Below, one piece after another: positions 18,421 to 28,424 of a DNA stretch of 64,000 nucleotides. Below the pieces are notes generated by a model that did no database searches, had not been told where the DNA came from, and saw only the letters and a program-made list of their open reading frames with translations. The translations under genes were made by a program, and so were the position numbers. Positions within the stretch are counted from its first letter, which is position 1, and the number at the start of each line of letters is the position of its first letter. The stretch is from an uncultured Ignavibacteria bacterium (lineage in GTDB: Bacteria > Zixibacteria > MSB-5A5 > CAIYYT01), in the NCBI GenBank assembly GCA_964617645.1, contig CAZTYE010000002.1:374648-438647 (forward strand), written 5' to 3'.

Positions 18421-19806
18421 TTACGACTCCTCCGACGGCGCCGCCGCCGAGTTCTGTAGGAAGTTTTTAGCCTCATGTATCAATGTCTCGAATTCGTTTT
18501 TCTCGGGATAATCGAGAACGACTTCAAGCAGATGGTCCAATGTTTGTCCGACCCGTTTGCCGGGTTCCAGAGCAAAAATGCGCATGAGATCGTTGCCGTT
18601 AACGGCCAGATCCTTCAGCCCAAACGGCGGTCGTTTGTCGATCTCTTCGCGGATGCGCCGTTCAAAGAAGTCGACGTCGTCGTTGGTCTGCCCCATGCCC
18701 TGACCGATCGTGTCGGCCCGGCGCAACTCAAGCAGCTCAAAAATCATCTCCGTGCCCGTGCGCCGCACCAATCGCCGCAAGCCCTTGTCGGTGACTTCGG
18801 TGTTGAACATGTGCCGGTCGACAAGCAGACAAACATCGTCGACAAAGTCATTAGGGTAGCGCAGTCGTTCAAGCAGGCCGCGAGTGATCCTTGTTCCGAG
18901 CGCGTCGTGCCCATAAAACGACGCGCCGCCTTCATCTTTGATACGTTTCGTGGCGGGTTTGCCAAGGTCGTGGCAAAGCGCCGCCATTCGCAGCAACAAT
19001 CGCGGCGGCGCCGCATCGATGACTTCGAGGGTATGCTCGAACACCGGCCAGCGATGATACGGCCCCGGTTGCTCGACCCCGACTGTGGCTTCGAGTTCCG
19101 GTAGCACATGCTGCAGCAGCCCGGATTCTTGCATCAGCTTGAACCCGATTGAGGGTTTTGCGGCCTTCACCAACAGCTTGTTCAGTTCTTCGGCAATGCG
19201 TTCCGGCGAGACGGTTTTGATCAACCCGGCTTCGCGGCGCAACGCGGCAAGCGTCTCCGGTTCGATGGCAAATTCAAAGCGCGCCGCAAACTGAATCGCC
19301 CGCAGCATCCGCAGCGGATCTTCGCGGAACGACTCCGGCGTAGTGATTCGGATCAGTCGGCTCTCGATGTCGGCGCGACCGTTGAGCGGATCAACATAAA
19401 CACCGGAAACGACTTCACGGGCAATCGCATTGATCGTGAAATCGCGGCGATACAAGTCTTGCTCGACTGGAAGTTCATGATCGAACGCGACCTCAAAGTC
19501 ACGATGACCGGCACCTGTCGAAGTTTCTTTCCGGGGAAGCGCAAAATCAAACTGCGTCTCTGCTGGATCGGCGCCGCGCGGCGTGAACTTGATCACCCCA
19601 AAAACGCGCCCCACCAGGTCAACGCGGCCAAACCCGCGGAGTATCTCCATCAAACCCCGAAACGGCAACCCGGTGACCAGATAGTCGGCATCCTTTGGTT
19701 CCGGTTGCCCGGTCAGAAGCCGGTCGCGCACAGTGCCGCCAACTTCGTACAGTTTGCCGTGAGCGGTAATCGCGTCGATCACCGCCTGCCCTAACTGAAT
19801 TGCCAT
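18421..19806 (-). CDS. cca: tRNA nucleotidyltransferase (CCA-adding enzyme/poly(A) polymerase family) with C-terminal HD domain.
   Basis: GGTVRDRLLG nucleotidyltransferase motif; LCHDLGKP HD motif. Start placed at the internal Met (MAIQLGQ...) to avoid a 59-nt overlap with the upstream gene. Confidence 0.7.
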   Translation of the reverse strand: MAIQLGQAVIDAITAHGKLYEVGGTVRDRLLTGQPEPKDADYLVTGLPFRGLMEILRGFGRVDLVGRVFGVIKFTPRGADPAETQFDFALPRKETSTGAGHRDFEVAFDHELPVEQDLYRRDFTINAIAREVVSGVYVDPLNGRADIESRLIRITTPESFREDPLRMLRAIQFAARFEFAIEPETLAALRREAGLIKTVSPERIAEELNKLLVKAAKPSIGFKLMQESGLLQHVLPELEATVGVEQPGPYHRWPVFEHTLEVIDAAPPRLLLRMAALCHDLGKPATKRIKDEGGASFYGHDALGTRITRGLLERLRYPNDFVDDVCLLVDRHMFNTEVTDKGLRRLVRRTGTEMIFELLELRRADTIGQGMGQTNDDVDFFERRIREEIDKRPPFGLKDLAVNGNDLMRIFALEPGKRVGQTLDHLLEVVLDYPEKNEFETLIHEAKNFLQNSAAAPSEES

Positions 19807-19807
19807 T

Positions 19808-20752
19808 TCATCCGCGTTCGATAACGGTACCGGCACCGCCGAATACTGCATCCGCCGCTCTCTCAATCGATGTTATCACCACGGTTTGTCCGCCGCGTTT
19901 CAGAAAGTCAATCGCGGCCTCGATCTTTGGGCCCATGCTCCCGCTCGGAAAGTGTCCGTCGCGCAAGTACTGCTCAGCTTGCGTGATCGTGATGCGATCC
20001 AGCAATTGTTGATTTGGTTTGCCGTAATCCAGCGCCACTTTTTCCGTGCCGGTCAAGATAATCAGCATCTCGGCGCCGATCTCGTGCGCCAAAAGCGCGG
20101 AAGCGCGATCTTTGTCGATCACGGCATCGACGCCTTCGAGCGTGCCATCTTTTTCAACGTACACCGGAATCCCGCCGCCACCGGCCGCGATCACGATGAC
20201 ATCCGCTTCGATCAGACGCTTGATGATTGAGCCTTCCACGATGCGCCTCGGAATCGGCGAACCGACGACCCGTCGCCAGCCGCGGCTGGAATCCTCTTTC
20301 ATCGTCCAGCCACGCTCCGTCTGGAACAGCACTGCCTCCTGCTCGGTATAGAATTGCCCGATGAATTTGCTCGGGTTGTTCAATTCCGGATCGTGTTGAT
20401 CGACCTCGATCTGCGTAATGATCGTCATCACTTCGCGCCTGATCCCGTCGCGATGCAGGCGGTTGTACAGCGATTGGCCGATCATATAGCCCATGCCGCC
20501 TTCGGTGTCGGCGACACAGATCCCCAGCGGCAGAATCGGCGCCTTGCTGCGCGCGAGTTCAACCCGCAGGATCGCATTTCCGACCTGCGGGCCATTGCCG
20601 TGCGTGATCGCCAGCTTGTAGCCGCGGCGAATCAGCTCGACAATGCCGTGCAGCGAATGGCGCGTATTCGCAAATTGATTGGCGATCGTGTCTTCGACTT
20701 CCTTGCGGGTGATCGCATTTCCACCCAGCGCCACGACAGCAGTTTTGCCCAT
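19808..20752 (-). CDS. arcC: Carbamate kinase.
   Basis: 314 aa. MGKTAVVALGGNAI...HGNGPQVG carbamate kinase N-terminal signature. Confidence 0.7.
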   Translation of the reverse strand: MGKTAVVALGGNAITRKEVEDTIANQFANTRHSLHGIVELIRRGYKLAITHGNGPQVGNAILRVELARSKAPILPLGICVADTEGGMGYMIGQSLYNRLHRDGIRREVMTIITQIEVDQHDPELNNPSKFIGQFYTEQEAVLFQTERGWTMKEDSSRGWRRVVGSPIPRRIVEGSIIKRLIEADVIVIAAGGGGIPVYVEKDGTLEGVDAVIDKDRASALLAHEIGAEMLIILTGTEKVALDYGKPNQQLLDRITITQAEQYLRDGHFPSGSMGPKIEAAIDFLKRGGQTVVITSIERAADAVFGGAGTVIERG

Positions 20753-20755
20753 CGG

Positions 20756-22111
20756 CTATTTTCTTCGGCCTTTCTTCAGCTTGCCGACGAAGTCGGTCAA
20801 AAGCTCGCGCAACGTGGGCGAACCGATTTCCTGCAATTCGTAACCGACGCGCGTTGATTTCTGCTTGATCTTGCAGATTCGGCGCAAGTCTATGGGCGTG
20901 CCGATAATTACGCCGTCACACGGCGTCGCGGCAATTGTCGCCTCAAGGTCCTTGATCTGCTTGCCACCATAACCCATCGCCGGCAGCACTTTGCCGATGT
21001 TCGGGTACTTCTCGAAAGTGTCGACCAAAGTGCCTTTGAGGTACGGCCGCGGATCGACGATCTCCGCCGCGCCGAACTTGTGCGCCGCGACCGTGCCGGC
21101 GCCATACTGCATCTCGCCGTGCGTCGCCGTCGGACCGTCTTCGATCACCAGCACCCGCTTGCCGCGAATCACCGCGGCGTCTTCGACATTGATTGGCGAC
21201 GCGCCATCGACGATTACGGCATCGGGGTTGTATTGCTGGATGTTGGCGCGCACGTATTCGATGTACTCGCCGTCGGCGGTATCGATTTTGTTAATCACCA
21301 CGACATCCGCCCAGCGCAGATTGGTTTCGCCGGGATGGTACTGGATTTCGTGACCGGGGCGATGCGGATCGGCGACGGTTATCCACATGTCGGGGCTGTA
21401 GAACGGCATGTCGTTATTGCCGCCGTCCCAGACCACCACGTCGGCTTCCTTTTCCGCCTGACGCAGAATCATCTCATAATCCACGCCCGCATAGATCACC
21501 TGCCCGCGTGAAATGTGCGGCTCGTATTCTTCCATCTCCTCGATCGTGCACTTGTGAAATTCCAAGTCCTTGACCGACGCAAACCGCTGGCAGGCTTGTT
21601 TGGCGATATCTCCATACGGCATCGGATGGCGTACAGCCACAACCTTCATTCCCAGCGCCTTAAGCTCTTCACAAACTTTGCGCGTCGTCTGACTCTTGCC
21701 GGCGCCGGTGCGAACCGCTGCAATCGCAACGACCGGCTTGCTCGATTTGATCATCGTCGCTTTGCCGCCGAGCAAACTGAAATTCGCGCCCGCAGCGAGC
21801 ACCATCGACGCTTTGTGCATCACGTACTCGTGCGACACGTCGGAATACGAGAAGATCACCTCGTCGATGTCGTGTTCCTCGATCAAATCCATCAGATCGT
21901 CTTCGGCATAAATCGGTATCCCCTTCGGGTACAGCGGTCCGGCCAGTTCCTTCGGATATTTGCGGCCTTCGATATCCGGAATCTGCGTGGCCGTAAAACA
22001 CACGACTTCGACTGACCTGTTCCTGCGATAGTAGGTGTTGAAATTATGGAAATCACGTCCGGCTGCCCCCATGATCAGAATTTTCTTCTTCGCCATATCG
22101 TTACTCCTCAA
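20756..22111 (-). CDS. P-loop protein with N-terminal Rossmann-like domain; resembles cyclic 2,3-diphosphoglycerate synthetase/DUF1611-type proteins (tentative).
   Basis: 451 aa. N-terminus KKILIMGAAGRDFHNFN; Walker A VRTGAGKSQTT. Family call from memory of the motif only. Confidence 0.35.
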   Translation of the reverse strand: MRSNDMAKKKILIMGAAGRDFHNFNTYYRRNRSVEVVCFTATQIPDIEGRKYPKELAGPLYPKGIPIYAEDDLMDLIEEHDIDEVIFSYSDVSHEYVMHKASMVLAAGANFSLLGGKATMIKSSKPVVAIAAVRTGAGKSQTTRKVCEELKALGMKVVAVRHPMPYGDIAKQACQRFASVKDLEFHKCTIEEMEEYEPHISRGQVIYAGVDYEMILRQAEKEADVVVWDGGNNDMPFYSPDMWITVADPHRPGHEIQYHPGETNLRWADVVVINKIDTADGEYIEYVRANIQQYNPDAVIVDGASPINVEDAAVIRGKRVLVIEDGPTATHGEMQYGAGTVAAHKFGAAEIVDPRPYLKGTLVDTFEKYPNIGKVLPAMGYGGKQIKDLEATIAATPCDGVIIGTPIDLRRICKIKQKSTRVGYELQEIGSPTLRELLTDFVGKLKKGRRK

Positions 22112-22376
22112 TAAGCCTCATGATTCTTGTCCAAAACAAACGTGCGTCTGGTAAGTCGTCATGAGTGGAGTCAGACAGCGGATGCCAGCCAAATGATGTA
22201 GAGGAAATAAGACATCACTCGCTGGCGCGGGCAGTATGGTTTTGTGTGAAGCAACATAGTCTTGTCTCGGCCGCTATTCCCGAGTTGTCTTGCTCATCAT
22301 TCCGGCAAGAACCGGAATCCGGAATCGTGAGCGCAAATCTACTCGCCCAGTGCCCCATCCGTCAGGGTGGGACTCG

Positions 22377-23861
22377 TCACGCGTCTATCTGCGCGCGCTG
22401 CAGCGTCCCGGAGAAGTCGACATAGACCGACTTCCACTCGGAAAACACATCCAGCGCCTGATGACCGGCTTCGCGGTGGCCGTTCCCGGTCGCTTTCGTT
22501 CCGCCAAACGGAAGATGCACTTCCGCGCCGATCGTCGGGCTGTTCACATAGAAAATACCGGTATAAACATCCCGCATCGCCGTGAATGCCTCGTTGATGT
22601 CCTGAGTATAGATCGAAGCCGACAACCCGTAGTCAGAGTCGTTAGCCATCTCAATCGCATTGGTTAGCGACTCGCACATCGCGATTGACAGCACCGGCCC
22701 AAACACCTCTTCTTGCCACAAGCGCATCGACTGGGTGACATCCGCGAAGATCGTCGGCTGGACAAAGAAACCCTTGTCATAGGCGCCACCAGTCAAGCGT
22801 TCACCACCACACATCAACTTGGCGCCACCCTGCTTGCCGATCTCGATGTACTTCAGATCAGTTTCAAGTTGGCTTTGATTGACCGCCGGCCCCATGTCAA
22901 CGTTCGGATCAAGCCCGTTGCCGACCCGCAGCTTCTTGGCGCGCTCAACCAGACCGTCGATGAATTTGTTGTACACATCCTTATGCACGATAATCCGCGA
23001 CGTCGCCGTGCAACGCTGGCCTGTGGTGCCGAATGCGCCCCAAAGCGCGCCATCGATCGCCAAATCGAGCTTTGCCGAAGGCATGATCATCATGGCATTC
23101 TTGCCGCCCATCTCCAGCGAACAATGCTTGAAATCGGGCGCACAGGCCTTAGAAACTACTTGCCCGATCTCCGAAGAACCGGTGAAAGACACCACCTTGA
23201 TCTCCGGGTGGTGCATCAACGGATCACCGACTCCGGAGCCGGTGCCGGTCACCATGTTCACCACACCCTTGGGCATGCCGGCCTCTTCCATTGTCTTGAC
23301 GAAGTTGACCACACTCAGGGGGGTATCAGTAGCCGGTTTGATAACCACCGTGTTACCACAAACGAGAGCCGGGATCATCTTCCATGAGGGGATCGCCATC
23401 GGGAAGTTCCAGGGGGTAATCATCGCGCAAACTCCGAGGGGCTGGCGTACCGACATCTGGAACTTGTTGGGCAGCTCGGACGGCGTAGTCTGGCCGTGCA
23501 ATCTGCGACCCTCGCCGGCAGTGAAATAGGAAATATCAATCGCCTCCTGGACGTCACCTCGCGTCTCGTTGAGCACCTTGCCCATTTCGCGCGTCATGTC
23601 GTTCGCGTACTTTTCCTTGCGTTCGACGAGAAGTTGAGCGACGCGGTAGAGAATTTCCGCCCGTTTTGGCGCCGGCACCAGGCGCCACTTCTTGAAGGCC
23701 TGTTTGGCGGCCAAAACGGCTGCTTCAACATCGGACTTGTCGGATTTCTGGAACACCCCGACTACTTCATCGGTATTTGCCGGGTTACGGTTTTCGAATG
23801 TCTGACCGGTGCGCGAAGCCACCCACTCCCCGTTTATGTAGTTCTTGTAAACTTCAGCCAC
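22377..23861 (-). CDS. NAD(P)+-dependent aldehyde dehydrogenase family protein.
   Basis: 494 aa. EMGGKNA (ELGGKSP-type) and catalytic-Cys block [13 protein letters not shown]. Confidence 0.8.
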   Translation of the reverse strand: MAEVYKNYINGEWVASRTGQTFENRNPANTDEVVGVFQKSDKSDVEAAVLAAKQAFKKWRLVPAPKRAEILYRVAQLLVERKEKYANDMTREMGKVLNETRGDVQEAIDISYFTAGEGRRLHGQTTPSELPNKFQMSVRQPLGVCAMITPWNFPMAIPSWKMIPALVCGNTVVIKPATDTPLSVVNFVKTMEEAGMPKGVVNMVTGTGSGVGDPLMHHPEIKVVSFTGSSEIGQVVSKACAPDFKHCSLEMGGKNAMMIMPSAKLDLAIDGALWGAFGTTGQRCTATSRIIVHKDVYNKFIDGLVERAKKLRVGNGLDPNVDMGPAVNQSQLETDLKYIEIGKQGGAKLMCGGERLTGGAYDKGFFVQPTIFADVTQSMRLWQEEVFGPVLSIAMCESLTNAIEMANDSDYGLSASIYTQDINEAFTAMRDVYTGIFYVNSPTIGAEVHLPFGGTKATGNGHREAGHQALDVFSEWKSVYVDFSGTLQRAQIDA

Positions 23862-24241
23862 AATTCCTCCCGAAGTGAATTTCTCAGATCCCGGTGGTGA
23901 TTCGTGAATTTTTTCACTTCACCCGACCCGTAGAATGTTGAAAAATAAAGCGATAATGACCTAAACGTCAACCGGTTTTGTTATGAATGTGCACTTTTCG
24001 GAGCCTCAGGGTCGAAAAATCGGCGGGTGCAAGCAATCACGATCTGCAGGTAGCGAACCACCAGGGCATTCTGGTAGTTATCTTCACCTGAGACATCTGG
24101 GTACCAATGACTTCTTGATCTCGGTTGCCATCTCGATAAGTCACTAAGAGAGAACGAATTATGAAGTCGTTCCTTCGGATAGTGAGGAGCACTAACTTGA
24201 ATTCAGGCGGTGCCTTCACCGAACGGTGAGTCAAGCCGTTT

Positions 24242-24778
24242 TCATTCAAACCCGACGGCCAGTGGTTTGAGCAAGCGGCGGTCGAGGTCCCGCGGGAAAC
24301 CGATCGGAAATCTCGCGTAGCGTGACAGCTCACGAATCTTCCCGGAATCGGCGCGTTCATGTCCTGATTTCGATTGCGCGCTGGCCGAAACCGATCCCAC
24401 GAGAATCCAAACCGGCGCCGAGACCAGCAGGATGAATCCGTGCGAGATGGTGGAGGCGGTGCCGAGGATTGTCCAGGTCATCGGCATTCCATAATTGGAA
24501 TCAAACCATTGCAGGTGCAACTTACTGACCTCGCTCACCGCCATCGACTGCAATCCATCTGCTGTTAGCACGTGAATCGAATCAGCGTTGACTGCGATGA
24601 GTTCGCCTTCCAGCTCCATGGCGTCGCCGCTGTCCGGTGTCCACACTTGCGTCCAAGCACCGAAGGCCGTTCGTTCAGAATTTTCGAGATTTTTTCGCCA
24701 ACCGCTCGGTGCGATCGTCGCGGTGCAGGATGCCAGCACAACCGCCAGCACGAGACTAATGAGTGCTTGTGCGCGCAT
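24242..24778 (-). CDS. Hypothetical lipoprotein.
   Basis: 178 aa. Signal with lipobox (VVLASCT). 23-nt overlap with the upstream ORF. No recognisable domain. Confidence 0.4.
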   Translation of the reverse strand: MRAQALISLVLAVVLASCTATIAPSGWRKNLENSERTAFGAWTQVWTPDSGDAMELEGELIAVNADSIHVLTADGLQSMAVSEVSKLHLQWFDSNYGMPMTWTILGTASTISHGFILLVSAPVWILVGSVSASAQSKSGHERADSGKIRELSRYARFPIGFPRDLDRRLLKPLAVGFE

Positions 24779-26303
24779 AGCGACTGCTCCAGAAATATCT
24801 TTCTAAATCGGCTTCGACTCGTTTGTAGCGCGGCGCCATCAGCCGCAGCGCAACTTCCGGCTGGCGCAGCATGGCGATGGCCATCTGCTGATCGTCCTCT
24901 TGCAGCCAGTCTTCACGCATCCACTCAAGGTAATACCCGCGGCTCTCGAGAAAGTATTCGTAGCTTCCGGCCGGTTGGGGCAGTGCATAGATAAGTTCGA
25001 CGGTGTCGCCGGGCAGCGTGACCAGAGTTTTGTTCGAGTCGCAGAGGCTCTGCAGATCGACCTCAGATTCAACGCCATTGCGCAAGACTTTCGACGGATT
25101 GATTCTCACCGGAGATACGCGGTTGCCCAACTCAACCAGCTCGACTTGGTCGAAGCGGTAGTAGCCTTTGGTGAAACGCAGCATCACCCGCTGAACCGGA
25201 CGGTCAATGGCGCCCAAGCACACCAGATGCATGTCGGTTGCCAGCGGCCCCGTCTCACGCACGACGCCAACACTCAACCACCCGGTTGCCGAGTCCGGAA
25301 TACATACTTCGATATTTCCCAGTCTCTCGCCGGACGATTCGAACCCCGCCAGCGAGCTTCGGCCCTGCCGCTGCAGTGCGGCGAAATAGTCTCCGACATT
25401 GTTCCCCATGTAGGCCAGCGTCTGGTAAAACAGAAAGGTGGAAAGCAACGTCTGCCGGCAAGCCATCGCCACGCCCAGGTTTCCGCTGCGGGGAGTTTCA
25501 AACTCGACGATGACCGAATCGCGCGCCCCCAGATCGATCGAGTCGGCCGAAGTGAACCACTCGCTGCCGTCGAATGAAGCGATCTTCGCGGCTGCGCCGG
25601 GATCGCTCCCGAATCGGGAGCAGCTCGAGTGGGCTTGGGTCGTCCAGAATTCGCCGGCCGCCGTCGCGAGAACGCGTTGACCTTGCGGTTTCGGCGCAGC
25701 CAGAAGATCAGCGTAGCGCACGACATGCGTCTCGTAGGCCTCGTTCGTCATCACCAGCTTTGCTTCTTGACCATCGAAGCCGGCCCGGTGCAGCGCATCA
25801 ATGTCTGCGCGTTCAAGAACCGGCGCGACACTCGAAGAGAACCCCTCCGCTTGCAGCAGCAGCGAATCGCCATCCTCGGTATAAAACGTCGGGCACGAAC
25901 CAAAGCAGGCCTTGGGATCGGCGATGCACACGATCGTCACCGCCAGTGAAGCGATGGTCACGAGCGAGAGCGCGGCAACGGCTCCGGACGGAACGCGTCT
26001 ATTTGTCTCGAAAATCGCCACCGAGTCGATTCCGAGAACGTAGCTGCCGGAGTCCAGTAGTTCGCGATCAAAATCGAGGTGAACGCCATTCCCTTCAACT
26101 TGTGTTTCGCCTGCGACAACGCTCCAATTCTGGAGGATGAACACATCACCGGCCACCATATGAACCTTCAAATATGTCGATCTGCCGTCCAGATGTCGGG
26201 CATCGTTACGCAGCGTTAACGTGCGTTCGTAATTACTGAAGCAGCCGTAGGCAAAAGCAAGCAGTGCAAGCAGCGGCAGTCCGCGAACGAAAGTAGAGAG
26301 CAT
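24756..26303 (-). CDS. Hypothetical exported/lipoprotein.
   Basis: 515 aa. N-terminal signal with possible lipobox (AFAYGCF). No recognisable family. Confidence 0.45.
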   Translation of the reverse strand: MLSTFVRGLPLLALLAFAYGCFSNYERTLTLRNDARHLDGRSTYLKVHMVAGDVFILQNWSVVAGETQVEGNGVHLDFDRELLDSGSYVLGIDSVAIFETNRRVPSGAVAALSLVTIASLAVTIVCIADPKACFGSCPTFYTEDGDSLLLQAEGFSSSVAPVLERADIDALHRAGFDGQEAKLVMTNEAYETHVVRYADLLAAPKPQGQRVLATAAGEFWTTQAHSSCSRFGSDPGAAAKIASFDGSEWFTSADSIDLGARDSVIVEFETPRSGNLGVAMACRQTLLSTFLFYQTLAYMGNNVGDYFAALQRQGRSSLAGFESSGERLGNIEVCIPDSATGWLSVGVVRETGPLATDMHLVCLGAIDRPVQRVMLRFTKGYYRFDQVELVELGNRVSPVRINPSKVLRNGVESEVDLQSLCDSNKTLVTLPGDTVELIYALPQPAGSYEYFLESRGYYLEWMREDWLQEDDQQMAIAMLRQPEVALRLMAPRYKRVEADLERYFWSSRYARTSTH

Positions 26304-26399
26304 TCGGCGCCTCCGGGAATCAACGACCTCGAAATCACCGGGAGATGTCGGGTTAACTACTCTAATCTATACATAATCATCAACAATGCAAACTAAATT

Positions 26400-26560
26400 C
26401 AGCGTCGCCACCGCGAAAGGAGCATGTAGGGTCGCCGGCGTCCGCAGCTAGCCACTGGTTGCGGCATGCGATCTTGACGGTGCCCAAGCGGCAAAAACCG
26501 ATTGACCTTAATCACCCGCGTTGATACCATGAAAGAAATGGTTATTACTTTCGCAATCGA
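26400..26560 (+). promoter_or_regulatory. Candidate glycine riboswitch fragment in the gcvT leader (low confidence).
   Basis: Located about 150 nt upstream of gcvT. ccaccgcgaaaggagca resembles the conserved CACCGAAGGAGCA core of glycine aptamers. No full two-aptamer consensus was confirmed. Confidence 0.2.
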
Positions 26561-26568
26561 GATTCATC

Positions 26569-27666
26569 ATGAGTAACGTCAAATACACTCCGTTCCGGAA
26601 ATGTCACGAAGCTGTCGGCGCCAAGATCGTCGAATTCGCCGGCTATTGGATGCCGATTCAATACCATTCGATCAACAACGAACATCTCAGGGTTCGCCAA
26701 AGCGTTGGCATTTTCGATCTCTCCCACATGGGCGAGTTCTTCGTTCGCGGCGCCGGCGCTCTGGACTTTATCCAGAGGGTGACAACCAACGATGCCGCCG
26801 CGCTGAAGATGCACCAAGTGCAATACTCCGCCCTTTGTTATCCGCATGGTGGTATCGTCGATGACCTGTTGGTCTATCGGCTGCCCGATGAGTACATGCT
26901 GGTCGTCAATGCCGCTAACATCGATAAAGACTTCAGTTGGCTGCTGAAGCACAAACCGGCGGGTGTCGAACTGGTTAATCGTTCCGACGAAATCGGGCTG
27001 CTGGCGATACAGGGTCCGAAAGCGGAAGCCGTCATCCGCAAACTCGCCCCATTCGATTACGACAAGCTCGGCTACTATGAATCGGCTCACGCCGTGTTCT
27101 GCGGCAAAGAAACTCTCTTCAGCCGCACTGGTTATACCGGCGAGGACGGCTTCGAAATCTACTGCGAACCGTCTATTGCCGAGGCGCTCTGGGACCAAAC
27201 CATGGAAGCCGGAAAAGAATTCGGCATCGAACCGATCGGCCTCGGCGCGCGCGACAGCCTGCGTCTGGAAATGCGTTATATGCTCTATGGCAACGACATC
27301 GATCAGACGACGAACCCAATCGAAGCCTCATTAGGCTGGATTTGCAAGCTTGAGAAAGGCGACTTCGTCGGCAAGGCTCCGATTCAGGCGATGAAGGACG
27401 GCAAGCCGCCGCGGCGGCTTCAGTCATTGGTATTGAAAGATAAAGCCATACCCCGTCACGGTTACGATATCTTCGTTGCCGATACCAAAGTTGGTGCGGT
27501 TACTTCCGGCTGCTTCAGTCCGTCGGTCGGACAGGGTATCGCACTCGGCTACATTGACCGCGACTATGGCAAAGTCGGTGACACCGTCGAAATCGACGTT
27601 CGCGGCAAGCGCGTCGCCGCCGAAGTCATCAAAGGCGCATTTTACAGAAACGCTACCCACAAATAG
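26569..27666 (+). CDS. gcvT: Glycine cleavage system T protein (aminomethyltransferase).
   Basis: 365 aa. Canonical GcvT N-terminus (YTPFRKCHEAVGAKIVEFAGYWMPIQY) and length. Confidence 0.85.
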   Translation: MSNVKYTPFRKCHEAVGAKIVEFAGYWMPIQYHSINNEHLRVRQSVGIFDLSHMGEFFVRGAGALDFIQRVTTNDAAALKMHQVQYSALCYPHGGIVDDLLVYRLPDEYMLVVNAANIDKDFSWLLKHKPAGVELVNRSDEIGLLAIQGPKAEAVIRKLAPFDYDKLGYYESAHAVFCGKETLFSRTGYTGEDGFEIYCEPSIAEALWDQTMEAGKEFGIEPIGLGARDSLRLEMRYMLYGNDIDQTTNPIEASLGWICKLEKGDFVGKAPIQAMKDGKPPRRLQSLVLKDKAIPRHGYDIFVADTKVGAVTSGCFSPSVGQGIALGYIDRDYGKVGDTVEIDVRGKRVAAEVIKGAFYRNATHK

Positions 27667-27677
27667 GAGGGGGACAG

Positions 27678-28424
27678 GTGATCGTTAAGTTGTACTTTAC
27701 ACCCACGCCGGTTACCGAGGCGAAAATCCGCGGCCGGATTGCGGTGATGATTGATGTGCTGCGCGCATCGACTTCGATCTGCACGGCGATTGCCTCCGGC
27801 TGCCGAGAAATCGTGCCGGTGGCGGCCAGCGGCGATGCCGCCGCGCTGCGCGCCACCATCGGGCGCGGCGTCGTGCTGCTCTGCGGCGAGCGCGACGGCC
27901 ACAAGATCGAAGGTTTCGACCTCGGCAACTCGCCCTCGGAATACACCGAGGATGTCGTGCGCGACAAGGCCCTGATTTTTTCCTCGACGAACGGTTCGCG
28001 CGCTCTGCTCAAATGCGCCGCCGCCGCGCAGGTGTTTGTCTGTGGATTTGTCAATCTCTCGACTATTGCCGAGAAGATTCTTGCTGCACAAAAGGACGTC
28101 GCCATCGTCTGTGCCGGTAGACAGGGCAACTTCTCGTTGGAAGACACCTTTGCCGGTGGCGCCCTGATCGAGAAGCTCATTGCTTCCGGGAGCTTTCAGG
28201 CCGACAACGATGCGGCGCAATTGGCGCACATGGTGTATAAGAATCGCGACGACGACATCGAAACGGTGATAAGCCGCACCGACCATGCACGCTACCTGCG
28301 CGAATTGGGTTATGCGGCCGACATCATCGCCGCCGCCGCGGTCGACACGATTCCGGTTGCGCCGGTCTTGCACGGCAGCAAGATAGTCGATCTCGAGAAA
28401 CAGAAAGTCGAGGGAGTTGTTTGA
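27678..28424 (+). CDS. 2-phosphosulfolactate phosphatase (ComB) family protein.
   Basis: 248 aa. IAVMIDVLRASTSI motif typical of the ComB family. Confidence 0.55.
   Translation: MIVKLYFTPTPVTEAKIRGRIAVMIDVLRASTSICTAIASGCREIVPVAASGDAAALRATIGRGVVLLCGERDGHKIEGFDLGNSPSEYTEDVVRDKALIFSSTNGSRALLKCAAAAQVFVCGFVNLSTIAEKILAAQKDVAIVCAGRQGNFSLEDTFAGGALIEKLIASGSFQADNDAAQLAHMVYKNRDDDIETVISRTDHARYLRELGYAADIIAAAAVDTIPVAPVLHGSKIVDLEKQKVEGVV

Noticed and set aside
23862-24241. 380-bp lower-GC intergenic region after the aldehyde dehydrogenase, inspected for tRNA/ncRNA.
   Set aside because: No cloverleaf-compatible acceptor/T-arm sequences (GTTCRANYC) found by eye. Track ORF 24037..24360(-) is unsupported and overlaps the 3' end of the lipoprotein gene. 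Left unannotated.
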